Origin: Intoshia linei
Taxonomy: Eukaryota > Animalia > Orthonectida
Direction: 5' to 3'
Length of the DNA: 36,321 bases
Assembly: GCA_001642005.1 (NCBI GenBank)
Contig: LWCA01000267.1
Location: 1-36,321, forward strand
Below are positions 1 to 12,611 of the stretch, in pieces. Below the pieces are notes generated by a model. It searched no databases. It saw only the letters and a program-made list of their open reading frames with translations, and was not told where the DNA came from. Numbering within the stretch: position 1 is the stretch's first letter; each line of letters starts with the position of its first letter. Both the position numbers and the translations under genes were made by a program.

Positions 1-29
1 TACGTAATGAAATCAGTCATTTTTAATTT

Positions 30-1620
30 TCTTTTACTTTTTTCATAAGTTATATGATCAATTATTTGCCAGATGTCTTCCATAGTGTCTGATAAATTTT
101 TTTGAAAAACTTTTTCAAGTTTCATTGCATGTTTGTATGCGTCAAAACTTGTCAATATTGTTCTTCTCGCATTTGATTCGTATCTGATTCATTTTCTGTT
201 TTCAATCTTGATTACTCTCGATAAATTCAGTTAGATAAAAAATAAATGACTTAAATAAAGTAATAGGCATCATCATCAATAGGATTATAATCAAAGCAAG
301 GCACATCTTCATAACACTCATTTTGAAATGTAAAAAATTTAACCTTTGCATTTTCAAAAGATTTTTCAAAGCAATTATATATGGTTTCACTTTTGACACT
401 TATCCAGGCTTTCGCAATTCAAACTATTGATTGATATATTAATTTTTTTACACCATTCCTCTTGACTGGTGTTTTCTGATTCAAAGTTCATTGATTTCGC
501 TAACAGTGTTTTGTATTTATCCTTAAAATTTTTTATAATTCCTTGGTCCAAAGGCTGCAGTAATGAAGGTCGTATTTGGTTGAAAGTAAAATAATTCAAC
601 ATTAATCAACAATATATCCTTAGAATGAACATGAGCATTGTCCAATAAAAATAAAATTTTCCTATCTTCTATCATCATCATGTCATTAATACTATGTAAC
701 CATTCTTGAAAAATATGCAATTTCATTCAAAATTTTTAATTTGCATAATAAGATACGGGCAACTTTTGTCTATCAAATTTTTTTAAACATCTAGGGTTTT
801 TCGATTTTCCTATTATGAATGGTTTCAATTTTTCCCCTAACAAATTAACTGCAAATAAAATGGTAATTCTATTAATAAAAAATTTTCCACTGGCCTTATT
901 GGCTTTTGATATTGTATACGTTCGAGTCAAAGAGCACTTATAAAAAAAGCCCGTTTCATCGCAATTAAATATATTTTTACGGTCATATTCTTTTAATTTC
1001 ACTAAATATGCTTCATTGAAATTTAAGATTTTATTTTTATTTACAGTTTTGGAATCGCCAATAATTTTGTTGGACAATATATTATGTCGTTTTATAAATG
1101 AAGCTAGCCAGCTGTTCGACGCTTTAAAATTTTGATTTATAAAAAAATTTGAAATTTATAACGCTTTTTTTTTAAAATTTCTCCACTAACACTTAAATTT
1201 CGTTTTCATTGAATTTAAAATTATTCGTATAGAATATCATGTACTTGACTTCCCCACCTTAAATAAGGTTTACGTTTACTATTTAGTCATTTAATATACA
1301 GTAATACCTCACTATAACGAACCAATTTGTTCCGAGATCTTGTTCGTTAAGCGGTAGTATCATTCTGCGTTTGTTTTGGCATATTTGAAGCGTAAATATA
1401 GCTAATTTTCGCCCATTTTTCTATTTTTTTGTGTTTTTTAATTTGTTCGTTAAGAGATGTATTATTGTAGAGTCATTATTTTTAAAATATTGTGTACGGT
1501 TCCTACAGATATATCATGTTTAGCAGCTAAAAATCTTTGAGAACAATCGACATCGTTTTTAAATGATTCTAATAATTTTCTTGTCATTCAGAAATAAATC
1601 TTTTCTTTTTCACTTGTTAT
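30..1620 (-). pseudogene. Tigger/CENP-B-like DDE transposase pseudogene
   Basis: HTH-like N-terminus (SQRFLAAKHDISVGTVHNILK) near 1480-1600. DDE motifs IFNCDETGFFYK, LLDNAHVH and QPLDQGII are split over ORFs 736-1077, 523-726 and 387-602 by frameshifts. Confidence 0.88.
1299..1467. mobile_element. pogo/Tc1-type MITE inserted in the Tigger transposase
   Basis: Imperfect TIRs CAGTAATACCTCACTATAACGAACCAATT / CAATAATACATCTCTTAACGAACAAATT, with TA on both sides. Confidence 0.75.
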
Positions 1621-1890
1621 ATTTATTTTTAATATGCATATTAAAAAAATAAAAATATAATAAAATCAGTATAAATGTCACAGTAAAATATAATAACGCC
1701 CAAAATGAAATAAAAACAATTTTATTTTATTTTATATAAACTCATGTTCAGTGTACAAAATGAAAAGATTCATATAAAACAAATCACTTTTCATAATGTT
1801 TCTATAAAAAAAATCAATATTTATTAATTTTGTTCAAATTAATCTGTATTCATATTGAACATGATTCATATTGAACAGGTTTGACTGTAT

Positions 1891-1983
1891 GTACTTTATA
1901 AAATTCTAAGACTTGTTTTTATTAAAATAAACGATAACACATACACACACAAATAAACAACAGCATATTATATAAGTAAAGAT
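1891..1983 (-). repeat. 5' end fragment of Helitron-like repeat family
   Basis: TCTTTACTTATATAATATGC...GTGTGTATGTGTTATCGTTTATTT...TCTTAGAATTTTATAAAGT, similar to 20290-20372 and 11456-11543. Confidence 0.65.
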
Positions 1984-2619
1984 AAATCTTATATATTGGA
2001 TTTAATCAAATTGATAAGGCAAAATTTTTCCTAGTATGGGTTTTCAATGGTTATTTACAGTTTTAGTTTAAGGCCGCTAATACACAAAATGCTACAATCA
2101 ATGAAATGTCCATGATTGTTATCTGGGAATCAACGTCAACAATTAATCCAATATTTACAAGAATATACAATTGTCCTAAACTCAAATTTACCCTTCACAC
2201 TGATTACCTCATCAAGGATGTGAATTGCGTAAAAAATGCTCCTTCTGTCAATAATCCAGATGAATGAACACATTAATAAAATACAAAAAAGCCATTAAAA
2301 TTTCAAAAATCGAAGAGGATGTTCAAAAAATTGTATCAATTATTAATTTTTTTAAAAAAACACAAAAATAATAAAAAAATAATATTAAATAAAAATTGAA
2401 TAAAGTTAGTTTAAAAATAATTATCCTAAAAGTTTGATTGTTTCCTGCATGGTGAATTCTCATTTATTTTCTGAATAAATTTAGGATACTAATTATTTCA
2501 TTCATAAGAATAGAATTATCTTTGAGCACCACCGTAAATTCACATTTTTAATTTTGAGTGTGCCACAATAGTAAAAAAATTGATAATCACTGATCCACAC
2601 ATTAATGATATAATTAAAC

Positions 2620-5600
2620 CTCCCCATTGATCATGACTAACTTGATGGTTTACGGCTTCTCTTAAATTCAAGGAATCAGGAAATATATTTGTTTCAGTTC
2701 TTGGGTAACTTACAAATCCTTTATTATATAATTTTTCAATGATTTGCATTCCCTTTTTAGCCGTCATATACAATTTTCTTGAACACAGCTTTTGAAACGA
2801 CTAAAATGTATAGTGCATAACGCTTTACTTGTATAAAATATAATTTCTGTATTACTATACTGTAGATTCAATAATCTTAAATATTACAACAGTTTCCAAA
2901 GGCAGTGGTCTCCATTTAGTCTTACGTTTTGATTCTATTTTAGTCACTTTTGAAATAGGATTCTAGATATCATTTTTATATTTCAAGCATTAAACTTACT
3001 TGTAACATATATCCATAAATAGCCAAACACATTGGATGATCAAATAAACGCAATCTGTGCCAATAAAAATTAGTCTTCAGTTTATCTTTTGTGTGATTCA
3101 CTACAATAAAATAATAAATATGTAATACAATGCAGATTAGGTGTTTCACGGTAAGAAGCTAATGGGATTTTAATAATATTGTCGGTCGACATTTTCTAAG
3201 CCTATGCTTATATATCGCATATTTTACCAAAGCAGAATTTTTTCCATACAGTCAATTTTGTTCTATTTGAACATCCTAGACTATGAACTACACGCAATAG
3301 GAACACGAAAATTTTGTTTGAACAAACATTGATTGGACATTTCAAAACTTTTATTTATATTATTATCGCTATTCATACATGTTCATATTACAGTATATTA
3401 TAAACATGATCAAAACCTGGTCCCTTCATGTTCATATAGAACAGAATTGACTGTATATGTTATAGATACAAAATTTTAAACTCAAAAATCTACGCATTAC
3501 CTGTGTAAAATAACTTAGTATATTATTAACCAATATTTTTCAAATTTTTGGATTAAAATTAATATATTAATTATACAATTTTAAAAAAAATGCGTATACA
3601 CATTTCCAATAAAAAGATGTGGCTGAAATTCTCATTCATTCCTTCGTTTTTTTATTGCTAAGCAATTTTTCATATTCAAAAACTTTAAAATCATTTTTAT
3701 ATTACAATGTTGATAAAATTCACCAGAAATGTGTTTTAAAGTGCTGATTCCGTTAATTATTGACACAAAATTGATATTTTTTTAATGAACGAAAGTATGA
3801 ATTTTATCTGAAATTTAAGCTATTTATGACAATTTTTAGAATTTACGGTTTTGACTTCATTTTCAGATTATACTCATTCTTTCTAATAAAGTAAATAAAT
3901 GGGATCACAAAATAGTTTTTAAACTTATTTAAAAAAATGCTAACCAAATAAGCTTAAGTGGGAATCAATGATTAATTTTTAATGAAAAGATAATTAATGA
4001 AGATAAATGTGAAATTCAATTTTGTGAACCACTCCTTCAAAGGATTTATAATAGTGAGTAGAATTTTTAAGCAAGATTTTAATTTATTTTTATGGTAGAA
4101 CTAAAAACGTTCGCCCTTGGAAGAGTAGCATGCTGTTTGTACCAATTACATAACAGTCAATCTAATTGAGTTATAAAATATGTCACATAATTAAATATAC
4201 AGTCTCATTCATTAATTTTAAATACATGATATTGTGAAATAGCTTCCTTATTCGTGAACATATTTTTTAAGATAAAACAGATACAGCCAGACAAAAAAAC
4301 AGTTTTATATATGTAAATATTAATTTTTTAATTTAGTTAACATAACTAATTGTATTATTTTATAGGTTTCTAAAACTTGTCGGCCACTGTACTGCGTAGT
4401 GGTCCTTAATTAATTAATGAGACTTGTAGAGATGTTTTGATATTGCTATTTTCGAAAATTGATTTAAATGCGTACGGAGAACATAAGAATCTGCTTCACA
4501 AAATATAATAAATTATTTATTAATTAATACTTCTTTATGAAGTAAATGGAGATTATTAAAATGTCTGAAAATTAATGATTAGGATTATATTTTTAAATTA
4601 AGATTAACTAATTTTGTAATTTTCCAGTAGATTCTGAAATTTTTAAATTTATTCCACGGATTATTGAAAGATAATGAATCTTAATTACAATTTAAATGTG
4701 CTACCTCAAATGACGCAATGTTCTACATATGGCGGATGCGACAAAGGTTGGCCACCCTGATAGAGAATATGCTTAAATGTCTTAAATTATTAGAATGCAA
4801 AAAAAAGTTATTATGGGAGCCAAATATTGTGACAAAAGTGCAGGCTTTATAGAATAGTATATTGTTGAAGCGACATTTTTCAATAAATAGATCATTCCAT
4901 GTCGTTCTATCATTTTTAATCATTAAATTATTATTTATTAAATAAATTATCATTATTTAATTAATTTTAATTAAATTCCTAAAAGAGTGAATAGAAGGTT
5001 GGGTAAAGGAGGTATTGAGATTTGGATGCTTTCTACAGCGGAAGTATTTATCATTGTAAAAATTAAAAATAATATAAATTATAAAAGTGTTTCAGAGAAA
5101 AAAATCATCTCTATTCTCCATATTAGCGAAGAATTGAGAAAAAATTTAATGTTTTAACATGATAATGTTAGTATCAACATCCATAAATGTACAAAATGTA
5201 TAAATATATTTATGAATAAGGAAGGTGTCACAATATCATGTTATCTTTAAAATTAGTGGACTGAGTGTATTTTGGCTCACTTGCTTAAAATATTGATATG
5301 TGGCCTCCAGTTAATATAGTTTGCCACCATTCGTGTATAAATAGATATTAAATCTTACTAATGATTTTAACAAACATTTCTACTTTAAATTCCTGGTTCT
5401 GCTTAAATCTCTCAACAACAAATCCGACAGTGGGGAATTGACAACTTCCATAACTCATTGTCTCATTTAAAATATTAGGGAAAAGATTTCTTAAACGCAT
5501 TGTCTGAAATCTTGTGAAAGCCGCGCCAATTCTGAGATCAAGTTCTTTTCTGACATCGACAGCTTTGTTCAATAATTCATCAGGATCCACTAGCGTATTA

Positions 5601-8600
5601 ATTGCCTTGAAAATTGATCTATAATTTTTAAATTAATATATATGAAAAAATTTTCACAACACGAAATTAAGTTTCCAGAAGAGTTCATAATAATACAGAG
5701 GTAGTCAATGGTTTTTTCACCGATTGTATTAATATAATTTAATTACCTATGTGTTATTTCTGAAAATTTTGCTCTCTTTATGGTAATCTTTTTGACAGCT
5801 ATCAATAAAATTAAACTATTTAATTCAGTTAATAAGAGTTAAAAACAAAGTTATATCATGGGTACCCAGGTTTATTCAATATAATGTAAAAATGTACCTC
5901 TGACTATTTAACAATATCACGATAACTCATCACTTTTAAATAAATTTATGTTTGATTTTATTTTTGACTTGTTCGGTTTGACTCTATTTTGGAAAGTGAC
6001 ATTTGCTAAAATGCATGACTCTTAAAAAACTGTATTAAAATTTTTTAAATAAACCGTAACAAAAAATGAGCTATCGAATCTATATACTATGAAATTTTTT
6101 ATTTTAGTGAATTAAATTTAATGAATTATTGTAGTATTAAATTGAATATACAATAAGACCTTAATTACCACCATCTTATTATTTCAATGTTTATTACGGT
6201 ATTTAGAGGCCTGAATGTATAATAACATAAAATACATAACAACATAATAACATAAAATTAGTAATATTAATTTTAATAAAATTAGACCAGGGGTTCACAA
6301 CCTTTCCATCAATTCAACCACAAAGCTACATTACATCGATAAATTGGCCTTTTAAATTAGATCGATTTTTCATATTAATATTATTTTTATAAAATAAATT
6401 GTATATTCTATTCATATTCGAAAAAAGATTTTGTTGAATTTTAGATGGATAGAGTACGCTTTTTTTGATTTTAATTTATTTGAAAGACGATATTTGTATA
6501 GCAAGTTTAGGATAACACTGATATAAACAGTGATACAGTAATAAATATATTTTTATACATTTATTGACATATTATAATATAATTTTCAATATTATTAAAT
6601 ATAGACTTCGGAAATATCTCATAATGATTTCAAACAAAAAATATATTGTTAAAAATGGGGAGATATACAAAATGAGTTTGGGAAGCCCTGGTCTATATTA
6701 AATAAAAAAAATAAATCTAATTTATCATTTTAATATTTAGTAAATAAAATGGGTTCATAACAATAATAATTTTAATACGTTTTTTCCGTGTTGTCACTAA
6801 TTTAAATCCGATTTAATTTAACTTATTTCGCTAATATTAATTGTTATGAAGATTAATCATGAGTATCACATTTAATACAGGGTATATTATTTTTTTAAAA
6901 TGTGACCTCCTTATAAACATACCGCTACAAATTCTTATGATTTCAAAACCAATGTTTTCGCCTTCTCTATCACAATCGGTCCATATAATTAATTTATCAG
7001 CTTTCATAATCTCATTTTGAAGGTTTTTCTAGTTTAATATAATCAAATATGTTAATATTTATACTTATATATTATTATATAGACTATATATATATTAGGG
7101 TGTGCTACTCATTAAAAGATAGAAAAAAATATTTCAGTATCGTAATTATTAGTCATTATAAGAGAGTATCTCGAATATTAACGCAAAATTGTAAGTTAAC
7201 TAGACAAGCAAGGTTCACTTGTTTTAAGAAAAATTTTAAACCAAATCGAATTTCATAATTGTATATAGCAATTTAATTCAATACACAAAATAAAAATAGA
7301 GCGTGTTTTAGAATCGCATTTCATAATTTGTAAAAGTGGATTTTTCCTTTTAGGGTTGGTAAACTAGATTTTTTCTTTTTGGATTGGTAAAACAAGATTT
7401 TACCTCATTTTCCCGGTTTTCATTTTTGGATACAACTTAATGGCAGCCATTACATTGCCTCCGAATAAATTTTCCATTTCGCTTTCCAATTATTGTTAAT
7501 TGATTTGGGCTTAGAATTGGTACGAGCAGTTTTTAGTTTAACTAGTTCCTTAATAATTGACTCAGAGTATTATGCTAGTGTTATTTTTGAGATAAGATTA
7601 TAATAGTTACTATAAAGTATAGAGCAGTGTTTCCCAATCATTTATTTTCCAGTGCCCCCCTTAAAAATATTTCACATAATAGTGCCTCCATTAAAATTGA
7701 ATACAATCGATATAAACAGATTAAATCGTCAAACCTTTTCCATCGTAATAAATTATATATTGTGGTGGCGACCTAAGCAGTGAAGTAGAATTAGCAGACA
7801 AAATAAAATAATAATAAAATAAAATCGCATGATTTCAAGAAAATTTTATGATAAAACGTATTATTCACAATATAAAATATTTATTAAAATCAAATCAAAA
7901 ATTAATGAGCACCCTGAGGTTGATGAGCCTGTGACAACTTATCAAAATCAGGATGAATGTTCGAAATAAAAAGTCTGAAATCACCACGTTTTTCTATTTA
8001 TAGTCTATTTCTTTTTTTTGTAAGCAAATTTACAACCACACTAAATCCTCTTTCAACAAAATAGGAGGAAGGAAATGATAACAGCAAAAGTTTTACTTTT
8101 TCCCATAATCTCAAATACATGTGGCGTTGTTTAATCCAAAAATTCTTATAACCAAATTGTTGATACATTTGTCGCCCTTCTACATCATTTTTAAGGTTTA
8201 TCAAGTCCTCTAGATATGTTGAATCTATAATTTCTATGTCAATATTGAATAGATTCATAACCAAATTTGATATTATAAGTTGTTTAACATCTTTAAATCG
8301 CACTTTACATATCTTCTCTGAGATCTAAAAGATGAGATGTGTAGCATTCCTGATTGGCTATTTCTCTCAAACATGGAAAATGTCATGTCTCTAACTGACA
8401 ATTTTTTCCTATATAGTTCTAGTTTCTCTGTAAAAGACGTAATAACACTTTTTGAAACTCTCAAATTTTGTATTTATATTATTTATTTTAGTAAAAATAT
8501 CGGTTAGATAAACTACATCAGCTCTTTTTTTATACAATTGAATGTAAATATTTATATCCACAGTTTGAAAAAATTCAAGAACAGAATCAAATAATGCATG

Positions 8601-11600
8601 AAATCGTTGTAAACAATAACCTTTAGAAAGTCATCTGACCTCTGTGTGCAGTAAAAGAAATTCAAATTCTTCATCGTTAACATTACACAGTTGACAAAAT
8701 AGACGGCTGTTTAATGAGTGAGATTTTATCCTATTCACAAATTTTATTACCTGTATTACCTGATTTAAATTTTTTTTTTGCTGCGTTCCTACGTGGGTTG
8801 ACACTACAGCTCGTATAATTTTAAGTAGCAAAATTCCACAATTTTGGCTGTCCTTTTTAAATTAAAAGTCGACCGTTGCCAAACAAGTCGTCCGCTGATT
8901 TAAAATGCGAAAATTAATTAAAAATTAAATTAAAACTAACTATATTTTTAAAACATATAATTACTTTAATTAGATAACAAATAAAACGTGAGTAACTAAC
9001 TCAGAGTCACTATCGAATTTCTCCTTAACTGAAAGTACAAATAAATTATCATTATCCAGATATAATGAATCGTTAAGTAGATCATAAATGAAATATTAAA
9101 TGTAGTAAATAAAGACATTAATTAATTATATAATTTTATAAAAATTATCACAGCGCCCCCAAGTGGGCGCTATCGCCCACCTTGGAAAACACTGGTATAG
9201 AGCTATTCAACATGGATATACCGATCAATTGAAAAACAACTTTTCTGTACCATTTGATAGATTTTCTAGCATAACAATAACATTCTATTATATAATCAGA
9301 TAAATCAATTCCCCCTTTCACTCTGTTATCCAGGATTACACGGGGTTTCGATAGTTCTTTACTATTCCTCGACTTCCTTTTAATCAAATCATACTTTATT
9401 CCATGAAATGTAGATATCAATACTTCTCTTTTATCATAATATTTCATGATCCGTATACCATCTGTGTTAACAGTTCCACAAATATGAGATGTGCTAATGA
9501 CTGTTTTCGTTACTTCATATGTCAAATATTTCCGATTTTCCAAAGAGTTCCATAATACTTAATTCTTGGTTAAATATTTTGCAAGGGGAATACTCAGTAC
9601 CAGTTATCAGCCACAAATACTCTACCCGAATTCAAGTAATTATTCACCTAGATCAGCGTTCGTCCAACTATGGCCCGCGATGTGGCCCGATAACAAAAAG
9701 TTTGGCGAACTATATTAAGCTAATATAGAGTACAAATTTTATGGCATGTTATAAAATTTCATTGGTATTCCATTAGATTGCACTATTGCATAATTTTTTT
9801 CCAAATATGACACTGTTTCAACATTCCGTTTGGTCAATAAAATATATTGTTGTAAAGAAGAATATTTCAGCTTTGGAAAACTGATGAAAATAATATGAAA
9901 ATTAATTTTTTTGGTTGATTATTCAAAAATTAAATTAAATATTTTTCCAAAATATTAGCAATTTACGAAATCGATTAAAAGTATTATTTATCAATAATAG
10001 GCTAATTTTTGTTCAAATTTTCTTTTATTGTTTGCATAAATATAATTATAAATACGTACAATTTTGATACTTAATCAACACAATTAATAATTAAAATGCA
10101 CTCTAAAAATAATTGTTAATTATTCAAATAAAATTTTGACACTGTAATATTCAATCCAATAATTATTATAAATATAAAGTTCACCTCAATGAACTAGTTA
10201 TTGATTGATAATATATTTGTACAAACTAAATGGTCTTATTTTAAATATAGAACTTATATTACGTAATATTCATTATCTAAAACATTACAGACACTTTAAT
10301 ATTTAAAAAAAACAATCCAATTTACAAGCCAAAATAGAATTTCATCAATTTAAATTGTTTTATGTGTATTCACGAAATTTGTGCGGCCCGCGTTAGAAAT
10401 AAGTTTAACGAACGCTGATCTATATCAATAACTATAGATCCAAAATAATCCAGGTCAGTTCGTAGATTGTTATTACTGAAATGCCAGTTTTTTAATATTA
10501 GAATAAATCAGTTTGTCATATCAGAGTTATGAAATATTGGATGGAAATATATAAATTGGTTTTCCAGTATTCGGTAAATACATACAAAGTAAATAATATT
10601 TATGATATTTTCGTCAATAATGTGATTAAAAATATCAATAGGTAATATATTTTCAGGTTCTTTATCGATGCGCTTTTGTAGTCCAAAATTACCAGTGAAT
10701 TGAAACGGAGATTTTGGCTTTACTTCATTGGACTATTTTGTATATTTTCATTGGATATTTCCATAATTTGTATTTGGTAGTTCAAATTTTAATGATTTGA
10801 TAAAATATACAATTAATTAATTTTAGACGTTCACTGCACATTTTTTTTAAAATTGTCGGATCAATATTTACATTTTCAATTTTTATTTTAATCGAAATAT
10901 TTGAAGAATATTGGTTGATAATATATTCAAGATTATTTTTCACCGGGAATGCGTACATTTCTGGGGTTAAATTTTTGCATTTATATCAACCGGAATAAGC
11001 TCTATCAGAATAATCTCTTTTTTTTAATTTTCGGAACGTTAATTTTTTCATATTTTTTGTTTTAATAAAATATTTCGATAAAAAAATATATGAATACTAA
11101 AATGCTTTTTCGACCATGAAGTCGTCACTTATTCGGAATGAAATTTTCTGGAACAGGATGAAAAACAGGATACAAATGTAAAAGTTATAAATTTTTTGAA
11201 ATTCTAGGGCTGCTTTCATTTAAAAACGAAGGGTAAATTGGGATTTTGGCCCTGAAGATATAATTTTTTTGAATTTAAATTGATGATAATGTTTATGACT
11301 TTAAAATCCGCATCAGCGTATATATTTTTTTAAATTTTCCAACTCGTTTGACTTTCAAAAAGAGGGACAACTGAGGTTTTTGATCGGTAAGATGTGAAAT
11401 TGGAATGTTGAAATTATGTTTGCGCACACTCCCGGAAAAAACTAATTGAAATGTGGACTTTATAAATTCTAAGACGGGTAGTTATTTAAATACACCGTAA
11501 CACATACACAAACAAAAATCGTGTAGCATATTATATAAGTTAGAATTAGAAAATAAGTTTGATCTGCAAAGAAATCAGCCCGATATTCAAGAATCGCTCA

Positions 11601-12611
11601 AGTTTATAATCCCTGCTTTAGCTTAATTTCATTTCTAAAAGAATTTGGAAGCTAACACCCACAATGAATTTTAAATAATTTATTAATTATTTACTATGCC
11701 ATTTATAATTGGATAGTGTAAAGCGCAAAAACTCAACAAAAAGAAAATTTGATGTTAGTAAATTTACTAAGAATATAATAATTGTCAAAACATAATCAGC
11801 ACTTTAAAAATATATTTTAAAAATTTTATAAAATTTAAAATTGCGTAGAAATGAAAAACGAAGGAGTCATTTTATGAGATCGAAACTCATCTTTATGTAT
11901 TTCAAATGTGTATCGTACAGATATATATAATATACTTTGAAAAGGGCTAGCCAACTTAACTTCTTAGAGATTGACTCGATATTTTATGAGAATACTCGGG
12001 ACCGACTATAGTATAGTATAACTCAAATTAATCTTAATTTCTGCGGTTTAAAATACGACCTTAGAATTTTAGTTTTTGAAATTTCTCGGACGTTCAGTTT
12101 TTTCAATATACGGTTACACTGACATGTTTGGCACCAATATCTTTTTTAAATTAACTTGACTTTAAAAATAGATAAGCTTTATCGTAATTTATAACGAGAA
12201 ATGTGTTATTCATAAAAAATAAATTATAATATAATTAACCTTAATCTTTAGATTGTTATCTAAATAATTTTCATTAATTTTTGCTGTGAAAAGAGATTTT
12301 GGGTCTACATTATTCCTAAATTTAAGTAAATAAAAATGATTTTTTATTGAACCAATTTCTGTGAGTATCGTCAAATTCAATATTAGATACATGTCCACAT
12401 ACCGATGTCATAGTCATTTTACAATTTACATTGTCGATTTTGCAGATAAATTCATAATTTTTATTGTACACTGATTTACCTTCCTTCTATTGAAAAATGA
12501 TAAAATATATATTTTTTTCCATTTTACCGTTATACAGTGATTGTTTGAAAGGATTCGAGCTATTGATTTTGCAGCGTCATTTTTTTCAGCTACATTTAAA
12601 ATTTTAATCAT
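2620..12611 (-). CDS. TOP3A: DNA topoisomerase III alpha, 5' part (9 exons; 3' exons outside window)
   Basis: Phase-consistent GT-AG exons: 12528-12611, 12353-12486, 12240-12315, 6923-7028, 5747-5798, 5359-5618, 3000-3100, 2888-2962, 2620-2800. Translation contains VAEKNDAAK (alpha-type Toprim; beta has VAEKPS), TSVCGH, WTDCDREGENIGFEI, RAKFSEIT, ELDLRIGAAFTRFQT, SYGSCQFPTVGFVVER, WRPLPLETV and the catalytic-Tyr motif SYPRTET. Confidence 0.96.
3249..3453. mobile_element. Tigger-derived MITE
   Basis: TIRs CAGTCAATT(T/C)TGTTCTAT(T/A)TGAACAT with TA flanks. The TIR resembles the Tigger end at 1887. Confidence 0.85.
3466..4145 (+). repeat. Internal and 3' part of Helitron-like repeat family
   Basis: Similar to 21035-21300 and 22315-22408 (same strand) and to 10835-10990 and 11640-11915 (inverted). 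Confidence 0.6.
6288..6690. mobile_element. hAT (Charlie-like) non-autonomous element
   Basis: Ends CAGGGGTTCACAAC / GTTTGGGAAGCCCTG. The 8-bp TSD is not cleanly preserved. Confidence 0.55.
7625..9194 (-). mobile_element. hAT Buster/Charlie transposon, internally deleted, with transposase pseudogene
   Basis: TIRs CAGTGTTT(C/T)CCAA with a perfect 8-bp TSD GTATAGAG (7617-7624, 9195-9202). Transposase fragments LNSRLFCQLC...LLLHTEVR and FPSSYFVERGFSVV...KKRNRL (ZBED8/SCAND3-like). Confidence 0.93.
9654..10417. mobile_element. hAT non-autonomous element (Charlie-type MITE)
   Basis: TIRs CAGCGTTCGT(CC/TA)AACT, subterminal GGCCCGC motifs, degenerate TSD ACCTAGAT/ATCTATAT. Confidence 0.8.
10835..11543 (-). 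mobile_element. Helitron-like non-autonomous element, 5' part
   Basis: Starts TCTAACTTATATAATATGC. 10835-11040 is an inverted near-copy of 20980-21180. Confidence 0.6.

Larger units (their letters stand above)
1..1887 (-). mobile_element. pogo/Tigger DNA transposon, decayed (inside a TOP3A intron)
   Basis: Terminus CAGTCAAACCTGTTCAATATGAA on the minus strand at 1887, flanked by TA. It carries a frameshifted transposase. The other end lies outside the window. Confidence 0.85.
7420..10780 (-). pseudogene. piggyBac-like transposase remnant split by later insertions
   Basis: Three pieces: PFQFTGNFGL...PIDIFNHIIDENII and YWKT (about 10420-10760); KPRVILDN..KGGIDLSD...RKSIKWYRKVVFQLIGISMLNS (9195-9543); and, left of 7625, SILYSNYY...IIKELV then RRQCNGCH (start of a Cys-rich tail). 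TTAA-flanked ends not found. Confidence 0.8.

Noticed and set aside
4723-4953. Short ORFs in the track (also 7049-7258, 9519-9728, 17402-17584, 23108-23326, 24420-24647, 31732-31914, 32639-32920, 34286-34504, 35535-35744)
   Set aside because: No recognisable motifs. They are antisense to real exons, lie inside TE remnants, or are AT-rich chance ORFs.
9148-9543. 131-aa ORF as a real gene
   Set aside because: It is a chimera: a piggyBac transposase fragment reading into the TIR of the inserted hAT.
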